Positions 16,169 to 25,828 of a DNA stretch of 50,008 bases are shown piece by piece. This stretch comes from Verrucomicrobiota bacterium. Its GTDB lineage: Bacteria; Verrucomicrobiota; Verrucomicrobiia; Limisphaerales; UBA9464. The notes beneath the pieces were generated by a model. The model was given only the letters and a program-made list of their open reading frames with translations. It had not been told where the DNA came from and searched no databases. The translations under genes were made by a program, and so were the position numbers. Location of the stretch: NCBI GenBank assembly GCA_025360495.1, contig JANYCC010000314.1:1-50008 (forward strand), in the 5' to 3' direction. How positions within the stretch are numbered: position 1 is the stretch's first letter; each line of letters opens with the position of its first letter.

Positions 16169-17600
16169 GTCGCTGGTCCAGTCCCTGCGACTTGAACGTG
16201 AAGCGGCTGTGATCGATCCCGAGACAGTGCAGGATCGTCGCGTTCAGATCGTTCACGTGCACCGGGTTCTCGACGATGTTATAGCTGAAATCGTCGGTCT
16301 CGCCATATACCTGCCCGCCCTTGATGCCGGCGCCGGCCAGCCACATGCAGAAGTTCCGTGGGTGATGGTCCCGGCCATAGTTGTCGGCGGTGAGTTTGCC
16401 CTGTGAATAGACCGTGCGCCCGAATTCTCCCCCCCACACGACCAGCGTGGAATCGAGCAGACCGCGCTGACGCAGGTCCTGGATGAGGGCGCCCGTGGCC
16501 TGGTCGGTGTCGAGGCATTGGTTGCGCAACGCCGTCGGGAGGTTGTCGTGCTGGTCCCACCCGCGGTGGAGCACCTGCACCACACGGACGCCGCGCTCGA
16601 TCAGGCGGCGGGCGAGCAAGGCGGACTGGGTGAAGCTGCCAGGGCGTTTCACATCGGCGCCATACATCTCCAAGGTGGATGCACTTTCCTTCGAGAGATC
16701 GGTGAGTTCGGGCACGCTCGTCTGCATGCGGAACGCCATTTCATACTGGGCGATCCGGGTCTGGATCTCGGGATCACCGAACTTCTCATAACCGAGGTGG
16801 TTGAGCCGGCTCAGCGCGTCCAGTTGGGTGCGCCGGTCGGAGGGATCCACACCCGGGGGATTCTGGACATAAAGGACCGGATCTCCGGCACCACGGAGGG
16901 CGACGCCATTGAACCGGGTCGGGAGAAAGCCGCTGCTCCACATCCGGGTGAAGAGGGCCTGTCCGTTGCCGGAGGATGGGAAGGACGGGGTCAGGACGAC
17001 GAACGCCGGGAGATCGTTGCTCTCGCTGCCCAGCCCATAGGCGAGCCAGGAACCGATGCTGGCCTTCCCTGGGACTTCGCTGCCCGTCATGACGAAGGTG
17101 CAGGCCGGATCATGGTTGATGGCATTGGTGTGAACCGTGCGGATGACCGCGAGTTCGTCCACGACCCGCGCCGTATGCGGCAGCAGTTCACTGACCATCG
17201 TCCCGTTGCGGCCATGCGGGCTGAAGTTGAATTTCGACGGCGCCACCGGGAAACGCCCCTGACCGCTTGTCATCGTGCTCAGGCGTTGGGCCATCCGCAC
17301 CGAATCGGGGAGTTCCTTGTCGAAGTATTCCTTCAATCCGGGTTTGTGATCCCAAAGGTCGATCTGGGACGGCGCACCGTTCATATGAAGATAGATGATG
17401 GCCTTGGCGCGCCCGGCCCAGTGCGGGAGTCCGGGAAGGGGCGGATGGATGCGCCCGGGTGCACCAGCCGCGGCAGCCCAAGCCTGGGTACCGCGTCCGG
17501 CCATCAGCCAACCCAGGCCGAGCCCGCCGAGCCGCAATCCGCTGCCCACGAAGAATTGCCGGCGGGTCTGCTGTCGTTGGAAATCCAGGAAGGGATCCAT
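16122..17600 (-). CDS. DUF1501 domain protein, Tat signal
   Basis: ATG 17600; TRRQFFVGSGLRLGGLGLG twin-arginine leader; HRGWDQHDN; VVWGGEFGRT; GRDHHPRNFCMWLAGAG. Paralogue of 10845..12302. Confidence 0.9.
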   Translation of the reverse strand: MDPFLDFQRQQTRRQFFVGSGLRLGGLGLGWLMAGRGTQAWAAAAGAPGRIHPPLPGLPHWAGRAKAIIYLHMNGAPSQIDLWDHKPGLKEYFDKELPDSVRMAQRLSTMTSGQGRFPVAPSKFNFSPHGRNGTMVSELLPHTARVVDELAVIRTVHTNAINHDPACTFVMTGSEVPGKASIGSWLAYGLGSESNDLPAFVVLTPSFPSSGNGQALFTRMWSSGFLPTRFNGVALRGAGDPVLYVQNPPGVDPSDRRTQLDALSRLNHLGYEKFGDPEIQTRIAQYEMAFRMQTSVPELTDLSKESASTLEMYGADVKRPGSFTQSALLARRLIERGVRVVQVLHRGWDQHDNLPTALRNQCLDTDQATGALIQDLRQRGLLDSTLVVWGGEFGRTVYSQGKLTADNYGRDHHPRNFCMWLAGAGIKGGQVYGETDDFSYNIVENPVHVNDLNATILHCLGIDHSRFTFKSQGLDQRLTGVEESSVVKQLLA

Positions 17601-17629
17601 AAAGATGGTGTACGGTGTGGGGCGCCGGT

Positions 17630-20600
17630 TCAGTTGCGCGTAAGGACTTCGTCCAGGTTGAGGAGCAGGTTGGCGGTCAGGGTGTAGGCGGCCAACTCGA
17701 CCGGATCCGCGGCGGTCGGGATCTTGGATTCGCCATTGGCAACGGCCCGTTTAGCCGCTTCGGGATCGGACTTATAACGTGCCAGCTGCTGGTCGAGAGT
17801 CCCGCGGACAATCGCGAGTTCGGCGGGGGCCGGAGGGCGGGCGAGCAGCAGGCGGTAAGCCCAGAGAATGCGTTGCTCGGGGGTGGCACCCCCCTCGGCG
17901 AGGATCCGGGAGGCCAGCGCCCGGGCCGCCTCGAAATGCTGCACGTCGTTCAGCAACTGGAGCGCCTGCAACGGTGTGTTGCTGCGTTCCCGGCGCGAAC
18001 AGGACTGTTCGCGGTTGGGTGAATCGAAGGTCGAGAGGAACGGCGCCGGCGCGGTGCGTTTGAAAAAGGTATAGAGACTGCGCCGATATAATGCCGAGCC
18101 GTGGTCCTGCTTATATTCGCGGGTGTTCGAACCGATGAAACCCACGGGCTCCCAGATGTTGGGCGGTTGGTACGGTTTCACGCCCTTACCGCCCATCTGC
18201 GCGTCCATCAGACCGGATACAAACAGGACGTTGTCGCGGATCTCCTCGGCATCCAGACGGAAACGGGGACCCCGCGCCAGCAGCCGGTTCTCAGGATCGC
18301 GCTGCAGTTGATCGGGGTTGACCCGGGATTCCTGCCGATACGCCGCCGTGGTCACCAGCAACCGGACCAGGTCTTTCACATCCCAGCCACTGGTGCGGAA
18401 CCGGACGGCAAGCCAGTCGAGCAATTCCGGATGGCTCGGGGGTTGCCCCTGTGAACCGAAATCATCGGCGGTCTTGACCAGGCCGATGCCGAAGAATTGC
18501 TGCCAGAAACGATTGACCGCCACGCGTGCCGTGAGGGGATGTTCATCAGACACCAGCCACCGCGCCAGGTCGAGGCGGTTGGTCGTACCCGCCGTCCGCA
18601 ACCGCGGAAAGACCGCCGGCACACCCCGCACGACCCGGTCGCCCGGCTTGTCATACTGTCCGCGCACCATTTGAAAACTCTCCCGGGGTGAATCCATGTC
18701 GCGAAATACGAAGGTGGAGGGGATTCCCGAATCATAGGCCTCGCGCTCTTTGCGCACGGCGTCCGCCTCCGCAACCAATTCCCCGAAGGCGGGTCGGGTG
18801 GTCGCACACACGTGGGCCACATAATGTTCGCGCAGCGACGCCACCTGTGCGGGCGTGCGGTTGGTGGCCGTGGTGGACTTGAAGATCCCCTTCAAAGCCG
18901 CCGGCAATTCCCCCGGTTCCTTGCCTTCATACTGCCGGGTCCAGGCTTGGAATGATTGCGCGGGATCGTTCACCGGGTCGATGCGGCCCGCAACGCCCGC
19001 CTGATCCCAGTACACGCGGCCGCCGAATTGCGTGAAGGCGATCCCATCGAGCTTGTCGCCCGGTTTGAGCCCCACTTTGGCGGCGTCGAATTCAAGCCGG
19101 ACCCACTTGCCAGACTCGGGCAGGGGACCCTGGTGCGCACGCTCGGTGGTGCCCTTGGCGCCCCAATCGATCGCATCCACGTCGCCCCACACGGCGCGGT
19201 GTTTCCATTCCTCACGCTTGTATTGCAACATGACCGTCCGCGGCGGGTTCTTTGGGTCCAGATAGACGTGGGCATAAAGCCGGCCGCCCGGGGGCACTTC
19301 CACCCGGGCGTCGGTGGTTTCAAAGACATCCTGGGCCAGGCCGCCGTCCTCGCGCGCCAACGCACGCTTCCCCGACGTCACCGGGCCCTCCGATGACGTG
19401 ATCCAACGGGTCGGCGCGCCCGGACTCGCCGTGATGTGCCAACCGGACGGGGCGTCGTCATCGATCCACAGGTGGTCCAGGTCACGCGGGACGGGTGGCG
19501 GGGTGAGAGCCGCCGGGTCGAGGTATTCGGTGCGGCTGGCGACGGCTTTGATCCGTTCCTCGACATCCACCGTCCGGGCGGCGAGCGAAGCCAGTTGGGC
19601 GTCATCCGCGGTCGACCGGAGCTTCAATGCCGGCGCCGTGAGCAGCGAATTGCCGTCCATCGCCGGGTCCGCGGCGCTGTTGAAGAAGGCATATAAGGAA
19701 TAGAATTCCCGATTTGAAATAGGGTCGAACTTATGGTCGTGGCACACTGCGCAACCGGCCGTCAGGCCCATCCACGTCTGCACCGTCGTGGCGGTCCGGT
19801 CGACCGCATAACGAAAGAGGTATTCGGCGTCGATCGACCCGCCCTCGCCGCTGGTGATGTTGCAGCGGTTGAAGCCGGTGGCCACGATCTGGTCCTGCGT
19901 GGCGCCCGGAATAAGGTCGCCCGCGAGTTGCTCGACGGTGAAACGGTCGAAGGGCAGGTTCTGGTTGAACGCCCGAACGACCCAGTCCCGGTAAGCCCAC
20001 ATCTGCCGTTCGTTGTCGAGATGCAGTCCGTGGGTGTCGGCGTAGCGGGCCACATCGAGCCAGGGCCGGGCCATCCGTTCGCCATAAGCCGGGGAATCGA
20101 GGAATCGATCCACCAACCGCTCGTAGGCACCGGGTCGGCGATCGCTGAGAAAGGCGTCGACCTCGACCGGGGTCGGTGGCAATCCCCGCAGGTCGAAGCT
20201 CAGCCGGCGGATCAGCGTGGGCCGGTCGGCTTCGGGTGAGAGTTTCCACCCCTCCTTCGCCAGACGCACCGCGAGAAAACGGTCGATGGCATTCCGGACC
20301 GGGGTGCCGGGCGCCACCGCGGGCGGTTCCACAGCGATGGGAGGCTCGAAGGCCCAATGTTTCTGGTACGGCGCGCCCTGTTCAATCCAGCGCTTCAACA
20401 GGTCCTTTTCCGCCGCCGCAAGGGTCTTGTGACTGTCCGGCGGGGGCATGACGTCGTCCGGATCGGTGGCCTGGATGCGCCGCCATAATTCGCTGCCGGC
20501 CAGGTCACCGGGCTTGATGGCCACATGACCGTCCTTGTCGGCGGCGGCGGCCCCTTCCGCGGTGTCGAGACGCAGCCCGGCCTTGCGTTTTTTCTGGTCG

Positions 20601-20803
20601 AGGCCGTGACAGGCGAAACACCGGTCCGAAAGCAGGGGACGGATGTCACGATTGAACCGGATGGGCCCATCGGCAGCGACGGCGCACGGCGAACTCCACA
20701 GGCTGGTCCCAACCAGAAGGGCCAGGGTGATCCGGAGGTGCACTTTCAGGGCGATCATCGGCATGCGGTTTCTTGGACTCGATCCCGGGGCCTTCATCTT
20801 CAT
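17630..20803 (-). CDS. PSCyt1 + PSCyt2 (DUF1549) + PSD1 (DUF1553) protein, putative c-type haem protein
   Basis: ATG 20803 overlaps the esterase stop (ATGA). Signal peptide; PSCyt1 IRFNRDIRPLLSDRCFACHGLDQKKRKAGLRLD (CxxCH); a second CxxCH in GCAVCHDHKFDP. A long extra domain sits before the C-terminal LDLARWLVSDEHPLTARVAVNRFWQQFFGIGLVKTADDFGSQG. Confidence 0.9.
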   Translation of the reverse strand: MKMKAPGSSPRNRMPMIALKVHLRITLALLVGTSLWSSPCAVAADGPIRFNRDIRPLLSDRCFACHGLDQKKRKAGLRLDTAEGAAAADKDGHVAIKPGDLAGSELWRRIQATDPDDVMPPPDSHKTLAAAEKDLLKRWIEQGAPYQKHWAFEPPIAVEPPAVAPGTPVRNAIDRFLAVRLAKEGWKLSPEADRPTLIRRLSFDLRGLPPTPVEVDAFLSDRRPGAYERLVDRFLDSPAYGERMARPWLDVARYADTHGLHLDNERQMWAYRDWVVRAFNQNLPFDRFTVEQLAGDLIPGATQDQIVATGFNRCNITSGEGGSIDAEYLFRYAVDRTATTVQTWMGLTAGCAVCHDHKFDPISNREFYSLYAFFNSAADPAMDGNSLLTAPALKLRSTADDAQLASLAARTVDVEERIKAVASRTEYLDPAALTPPPVPRDLDHLWIDDDAPSGWHITASPGAPTRWITSSEGPVTSGKRALAREDGGLAQDVFETTDARVEVPPGGRLYAHVYLDPKNPPRTVMLQYKREEWKHRAVWGDVDAIDWGAKGTTERAHQGPLPESGKWVRLEFDAAKVGLKPGDKLDGIAFTQFGGRVYWDQAGVAGRIDPVNDPAQSFQAWTRQYEGKEPGELPAALKGIFKSTTATNRTPAQVASLREHYVAHVCATTRPAFGELVAEADAVRKEREAYDSGIPSTFVFRDMDSPRESFQMVRGQYDKPGDRVVRGVPAVFPRLRTAGTTNRLDLARWLVSDEHPLTARVAVNRFWQQFFGIGLVKTADDFGSQGQPPSHPELLDWLAVRFRTSGWDVKDLVRLLVTTAAYRQESRVNPDQLQRDPENRLLARGPRFRLDAEEIRDNVLFVSGLMDAQMGGKGVKPYQPPNIWEPVGFIGSNTREYKQDHGSALYRRSLYTFFKRTAPAPFLSTFDSPNREQSCSRRERSNTPLQALQLLNDVQHFEAARALASRILAEGGATPEQRILWAYRLLLARPPAPAELAIVRGTLDQQLARYKSDPEAAKRAVANGESKIPTAADPVELAAYTLTANLLLNLDEVLTRN

Positions 20804-21729
20804 TTCTTTACCAGCCACCCGCGTTCCCGCATCCAGTCGGCGGCCCGGTCCGGCCAGCGTGTCACGGGAAGTTCGGTGCGGCGCAAACCATAGCCATGGC
20901 CGCCGGTGGGGAACACGTGAAGCTCACACGGCACTTTGGCCCGTTGCAGGGCCTGCGCATAAGCATACGCATGTTCCACGCGCACCGGGTCATCCTGGGC
21001 CATGGCCAGGAATGCCGGCGGTGTTCCCGGCCCGACAGTCAGGTCCGGCGCAAGGATGTCGCCCTGGTCTTTGACAGCGAGTCCGCCCGGATAAATGAGC
21101 ACGGTGAAGTCTGGGCGGCAATCGAGGTCGTCCGCGGCGTCGACCCGGGGATAAGTCCGTTGCGTCGCATGGGTGGAGAGCGTGGCCGCCAGGTGTCCGC
21201 CCGCCGAAAAACCCAGCACCCCGAGCCGTTTCGGATCGAGGTGCCATTCGCCTGCATTCTGCCGCATCAGGCCCAGCGCCCGTTGCGCGTCTTGGAAGGC
21301 GGCCGGATGGCGGTCCGACCCCGGACTGCGCGGGACCCGGTATTTCAACAGCACCCCGGTCACCCCGATCGAGTTCAACCATTCGCACACCTCCGTGCCC
21401 TCCAGGTCCATTGCGAGGATGTGATAGCCGCCGCCCGGACACACCAACACCGCGGTCCCGGTGTCGCGGTCGGCGGGCGGACGCCACACCGTGATCGTTG
21501 GGAAATGGACATTGCCCAGGCGGATGACCGTGCGTCCCGCGATGAGATTGTCGCCGGGTTTGGAAGTGTCCTTTTCCTCGCCGGCGGGGGCGGGCGTTGA
21601 GCCCTCGGGGAGGGGCGGTTCCCCGGGCCAGAGGAGGATGGGTTGGCCCGGCCCGACGGCGAGCGTTCGGGCGGCGAGTGCCAGGATCGCCACGGCGCGG
21701 GTCAACGCGGGAAACAGACGGGTGGACAT
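20800..21729 (-). CDS. alpha/beta hydrolase (esterase/lipase type), secreted
   Basis: ATG 21729; signal peptide MSTRLFPALTRAVAILALAARTLA; LVCPGGGY; nucleophile elbow GFSAGGH; C-terminal FPTGGHGYG. Confidence 0.8.
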   Translation of the reverse strand: MSTRLFPALTRAVAILALAARTLAVGPGQPILLWPGEPPLPEGSTPAPAGEEKDTSKPGDNLIAGRTVIRLGNVHFPTITVWRPPADRDTGTAVLVCPGGGYHILAMDLEGTEVCEWLNSIGVTGVLLKYRVPRSPGSDRHPAAFQDAQRALGLMRQNAGEWHLDPKRLGVLGFSAGGHLAATLSTHATQRTYPRVDAADDLDCRPDFTVLIYPGGLAVKDQGDILAPDLTVGPGTPPAFLAMAQDDPVRVEHAYAYAQALQRAKVPCELHVFPTGGHGYGLRRTELPVTRWPDRAADWMRERGWLVKK

Positions 21730-21842
21730 GCCCTGATTAGAGCGCGGGATGGGCCGGCGGGCCAGCGCAGAACAGGAGCGCTGGAGGGGGGGGAAGACCG
21801 GGCCTGCAGCTCCGCAGCTCTGTCGTTGTGCGGCCCCGTCTT

Positions 21843-24038
21843 TCACCGGTCTTCCACCAGGTAATACAAGGTCCGCGGCTGCAGCTTCAGCTCCGGTCCC
21901 TGGCCCGCAGAACCCGTCGGACGACCATTCAAATCCAAGGCCGTGAACTTCAATCCCGCGGCATCGGGACGGTTGAATCGAACCGTGCCCGCAAGTTCCT
22001 TCACCTGCCACGGATCGCCGCCAATGCTGACAATCTTGCGACGACCTTCCCCGACGTCCGCCGCCTGCCAGCCGGTGGTCTGCTCCTCGGACATCACCTG
22101 GACGAGCATCCGATGCGACGTGCGCAGGGGTTCTCCGTCGAGGGCGACCGCCATCATATGGATGAGATCGAGCGGTGACTCCAACGTGAGGTCGGTGGTG
22201 GTGATCTTCCCGGCGGCGGCCAGGTCACCGCTGGCTCCCTGGGCCGCCGGGGCGTTGATGCGCAGCACGCCACGCCCGTAATCGAGCAGCAATTCACCGG
22301 TCGTGCTCTTCACCGTTTGGGCCTGATGATCGATATAAGGGGCCAGGTCGGTGAGTTCCAGCGCGGGTTCCTCACCCTTGAAATCCACCTGCGTGCGACC
22401 GGCGAAATGAACGAGCGGATCCACCACCTGTCCCGGCTTCACGATCGTGCCCGCAGGGACATCCTTCAGCCGGAGTTCGTCAAACGAGGCGTCGAGCGGG
22501 ATACGGGTGCCGGTGAGGGCGGTGGCCGAGGCGGTCGGCAACTGCTCACGGGCGAGCACGGCGCCGGGTTGGATCAGGGCCTTGCGGAACATCAACGCCG
22601 CGGCCGGGAACTGTCCGAACTGCGACGGCGCCAGCAAGGTCCATGGCTGCATCCAATAGCCCGGTTTCACGCTCCAATCCGCTCCATCCAAAGCAAAATG
22701 GACGATGGCATCGGTCCCCTGGAGTGCGCCATAAGCCGCATAATAAAGCGGGGCCTCGGAACGATACCGGTTGGGGCGGTTCCACGTCGTCTCGGAGATC
22801 ATTGAGGGCCGGCCGTCATATTCGGTGTCCATGGCGGGATGATTGAAGGACCGCGGTTTTCCGTGCTCCTCGGGATCGAAGCGCAACGCACTGCGGTCGG
22901 CCCACGTGTGACCGGCCCGCACCGACCATTCGGAGTTTTCACCCCGGGTGCCGCACCCGAAATAGCCATGGCGATCCACGAAATCACCCGCGAGATAGCT
23001 GAGTTTTTCGAGCGGACCGAGGACGCGGTTGTCGGCGGTGTTCCAATTGGACGCCGTGATCACGCCCTTGAAACCGAGCTTGCGAAGAAACGCGATGGTG
23101 TCGCGATAGAACCCGGTTTGGATTTCGAGCAGGAAGGCGGCGGTGTCCTGGTCGCGGAGGCTGCGCTCGTTGGCCATCGACCACAGCGGCCGGAAACCGA
23201 TGCGCCCCGCCGTGGGTTGATCGCGGGGAGTGCGCTGGCCCTTCCAGGCGGCCAGGGTGGCGTCGAGCGACCCATGGCGTTTCTCGAGCCAGAGGGCGAA
23301 GCGATGTTCCAGGATTTCGAGCTGGGGCGCGGGGAGGCTTTTTTCGCTGAAGGTCCAAAAGAAGAACGAATCCTCATTCTGAATCTCCAGCCCCATGACC
23401 GCCGGATCATCCACCAACCGTTTGCCGTCGGCGTTGGGCGTCAACAGCAGCGCCTCCCACCATTGCCGGTAACGGGCTTGGAAATCGGGATTGAACAACA
23501 GGGCGGCGAAGGGGTGTTGATTGCCATCGTAACCGTGCAGAAAATCGCAGTCGGGCTTCGGGGTGAGCCAGAGCGGGAAATAGATCGAGAAATGGGTGTA
23601 AATCCCCTCCGCGCGGAGCGCCGCCGCCAGTTCCTGGGCCCGTCGCACTTTCGTGGGATCGGGACGCCCGGCCGCATCAAACATCGGGCCGTGGAGCCGG
23701 GCCAGATTGACGCCGTATCGGGCCAGGCGTTGCGCGGCCCGCCGATATTCCCCGGGCGTCCCGGAGTCGTGCGGGGGTCCGTTCACGCCCCAGAAGCGCA
23801 CGGCTTCGCCGTCACCGGAACGTTCGAATTGTCCGCCCCGGGCCCGGATGAAGCCGTGTTCCCCGGCGAAGGCTTCGTTGAGTTTCCGCAGATCGGTGAC
23901 CGAGTCCGACGCGTTTTCGTCCGGAGCCGGATTGAAGGGGAACCAACCGGCCGGGGGGGCTTCGGCACCGAGGCGGAAGGTGGACGACAGTGCGAGGAGC
24001 ACCAGCAGCACGACCGGAAGTGGCGGACGGCGGATCAT
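21843..24038 (-). CDS. secreted glycoside-hydrolase-like (beta/alpha)8 protein (clan GH-A type) with C-terminal beta-rich region
   Basis: ATG 24038; signal peptide; RFWGVNG; GVNLARLHG; acid/base-like LEIQNEDSFFFW; candidate nucleophile region PSMISETTWN. The GH family cannot be assigned by eye. Confidence 0.6.
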   Translation of the reverse strand: MIRRPPLPVVLLVLLALSSTFRLGAEAPPAGWFPFNPAPDENASDSVTDLRKLNEAFAGEHGFIRARGGQFERSGDGEAVRFWGVNGPPHDSGTPGEYRRAAQRLARYGVNLARLHGPMFDAAGRPDPTKVRRAQELAAALRAEGIYTHFSIYFPLWLTPKPDCDFLHGYDGNQHPFAALLFNPDFQARYRQWWEALLLTPNADGKRLVDDPAVMGLEIQNEDSFFFWTFSEKSLPAPQLEILEHRFALWLEKRHGSLDATLAAWKGQRTPRDQPTAGRIGFRPLWSMANERSLRDQDTAAFLLEIQTGFYRDTIAFLRKLGFKGVITASNWNTADNRVLGPLEKLSYLAGDFVDRHGYFGCGTRGENSEWSVRAGHTWADRSALRFDPEEHGKPRSFNHPAMDTEYDGRPSMISETTWNRPNRYRSEAPLYYAAYGALQGTDAIVHFALDGADWSVKPGYWMQPWTLLAPSQFGQFPAAALMFRKALIQPGAVLAREQLPTASATALTGTRIPLDASFDELRLKDVPAGTIVKPGQVVDPLVHFAGRTQVDFKGEEPALELTDLAPYIDHQAQTVKSTTGELLLDYGRGVLRINAPAAQGASGDLAAAGKITTTDLTLESPLDLIHMMAVALDGEPLRTSHRMLVQVMSEEQTTGWQAADVGEGRRKIVSIGGDPWQVKELAGTVRFNRPDAAGLKFTALDLNGRPTGSAGQGPELKLQPRTLYYLVEDR

Positions 24039-24180
24039 GGGGATAACGATAGCGGGCCGATGCGTTGGACAACAGCCGCCAGACCGAAGCCGTGACGATG
24101 CAGCGGGAATCTCACCTGAAGATGGTCACGGCCGTAATCCGGGGAGAGACGCGCAACGACACTTGGGATAAGCTCCCAAC

Positions 24181-24810
24181 GTGGGTCGTGATTCGGAACT
24201 TCAAGTCCGGTTGGTGGAGATGCCGGGGGTCTATGCGGCGTTGGCGCGAGCCCTCGGGGAAACCGGCGAGGGCGCGCCCCGGATCCGGGAATTGTTGGCG
24301 CACGACATCCGGGTCCAGTGCGTCGGCTGCGGGATCGCGTTGACGGCGGAGGAACTGGAGGCATTGGCATTGGATCCGGCGTCGGCCCCCGGGTCGCCGC
24401 GGTTGGAGCGTCTCCGGCTGGGCTATTGCGCCCGCAATGGCTGCGACAGCCGTTTTTATGGGCTGTCCGCCGGCACGGGGATGGTGCCGTGGCCCACCGT
24501 GTTCCGGCGGGTTCGCGAGTTGCTCGATGGTCCGGCGGCCGTGACGGCAACGGGACCCTTGGAGACGGCATCCGTGAAGGGTCGGCAGTTTCCCGAACAA
24601 TGGCGACGGATGCGTTGGGCGGCGGCGGGTGGGATCGTCTTTTTCGCCTTGGGATTCTGGTGGTGGCGGAATGGGGCAAGGATTCCCGGGATATCGCCGT
24701 CGCCACGGGAATTTCGCGTGGTCCCCGCGGCGGATTCGGCTCCGGTGGAACCCGGGCCGCGACCCGGCCCGGCCCCGACGAATTCCACCCGGTCATTTCA
24801 AACGAGGTAG
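24181..24810 (+). CDS. hypothetical Cys-rich (zinc-ribbon-like) membrane protein
   Basis: ORF with G/C-rich third codon positions; start at GTG 24181 or ATG 24220. It has a CVGC ... CARNGC four-Cys pattern and one TM helix (AAAGGIVFFALGFWWW) near the C-terminus. Confidence 0.5.
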   Translation: MGRDSELQVRLVEMPGVYAALARALGETGEGAPRIRELLAHDIRVQCVGCGIALTAEELEALALDPASAPGSPRLERLRLGYCARNGCDSRFYGLSAGTGMVPWPTVFRRVRELLDGPAAVTATGPLETASVKGRQFPEQWRRMRWAAAGGIVFFALGFWWWRNGARIPGISPSPREFRVVPAADSAPVEPGPRPGPAPTNSTRSFQTR

Positions 24811-24883
24811 GCGGGCCACTTCCTGCGCCGGGCTTCCTGCGCGCGGCTTGGCCCCGGCACTTTTCGGGTATAGGGTGATCCCA

Positions 24884-25708
24884 ATGTTGGACCGGAAATA
24901 CACGCACCTGCAGGAGTTGCTGCGCAGCTTTGGCTCGTGCGTCGTGGCGTATTCGGGCGGGGTCGACTCGGTCCTGCTCGCCCGCGTCGCCCATGATGTC
25001 CTCGGGGCCCGGTCTTTGGCGGCGATTGCCGACTCCCCCAGTCTGCCGCGTCGCGAGTTGGCGGAAGCGCTGGAATTGGGGGCGCGGTTCGGATTTCCCG
25101 TGCAGGTGGTGCGGACGGGTGAATTCGCCGATCCACGGTATCTCGCGAACCCGGCGGACCGCTGCTATTTCTGCAAACATGCCCTCTTTGACGAGTTGAC
25201 GCCGCTGGTCCGTGCCGGTGGATACGCGGTGATTGCCTATGGCGAGAACGCCAGCGACGTGGGGGACCATCGGCCGGGAGCGCGGGCCGCCGGGGAATTC
25301 TCCGTGCGGGCACCCCTGAAGGAAGCCGGATTGACCAAGCCGGAAATCCGCGAACTGAGCGCGAAACTGGGTTTGCCCACCGCCGACAAACCCCAGTTGG
25401 CCTGCCTCAGTTCCCGCATCCCCACCGGCGAACCCGTGACGGTCGAGAAACTGCGGATGATCGAGGAGGCGGAGTATTTTCTGCGGGATCTCGGGTTCTT
25501 CGAGGTCCGCGTGCGCCATCACCAACTCGGTCAGGGCGCTTTGGCCCGGATCGAGGTGGGGTCGTCGGAGATGCCACGATTGTTCGTCGACGGCCTGGCG
25601 GAACGGGTCACCGAGAAGTTCAAGGCTCTCGGTTACCTGCATGTCGCCGTGGACCTGGCGGGATACCGTCGGGGCAGCACCAACGGGGTCTCCGTCAAAC
25701 TCGGTTGA
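24884..25708 (+). CDS. larE: LarE-family ATP-dependent sulfur transferase (PP-loop ATP pyrophosphatase)
   Basis: From ATG 24884: PP-loop VVAYSGGVDSVLLA; DRCYFCKH; QLACLSSRIPTGEP (position of the LarE sulfur-donor Cys); FFEVRVRHH ... ARIEV; YLHVAVDLAGYRRGS. It is collinear with Lactobacillus plantarum LarE as I remember it. Confidence 0.8.
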   Translation: MLDRKYTHLQELLRSFGSCVVAYSGGVDSVLLARVAHDVLGARSLAAIADSPSLPRRELAEALELGARFGFPVQVVRTGEFADPRYLANPADRCYFCKHALFDELTPLVRAGGYAVIAYGENASDVGDHRPGARAAGEFSVRAPLKEAGLTKPEIRELSAKLGLPTADKPQLACLSSRIPTGEPVTVEKLRMIEEAEYFLRDLGFFEVRVRHHQLGQGALARIEVGSSEMPRLFVDGLAERVTEKFKALGYLHVAVDLAGYRRGSTNGVSVKLG

Positions 25709-25828
25709 ATCCCCGCCGTCCCCGCTCAGTCGACTGCCGGTTCCGACCCCGTTTTTCCGGGAAAATGCGGTTCCGTCCAGTTTGCCACTGGCGGCCCCGC
25801 CCCCACTTCGGTAGGGAACTATCAAGAT

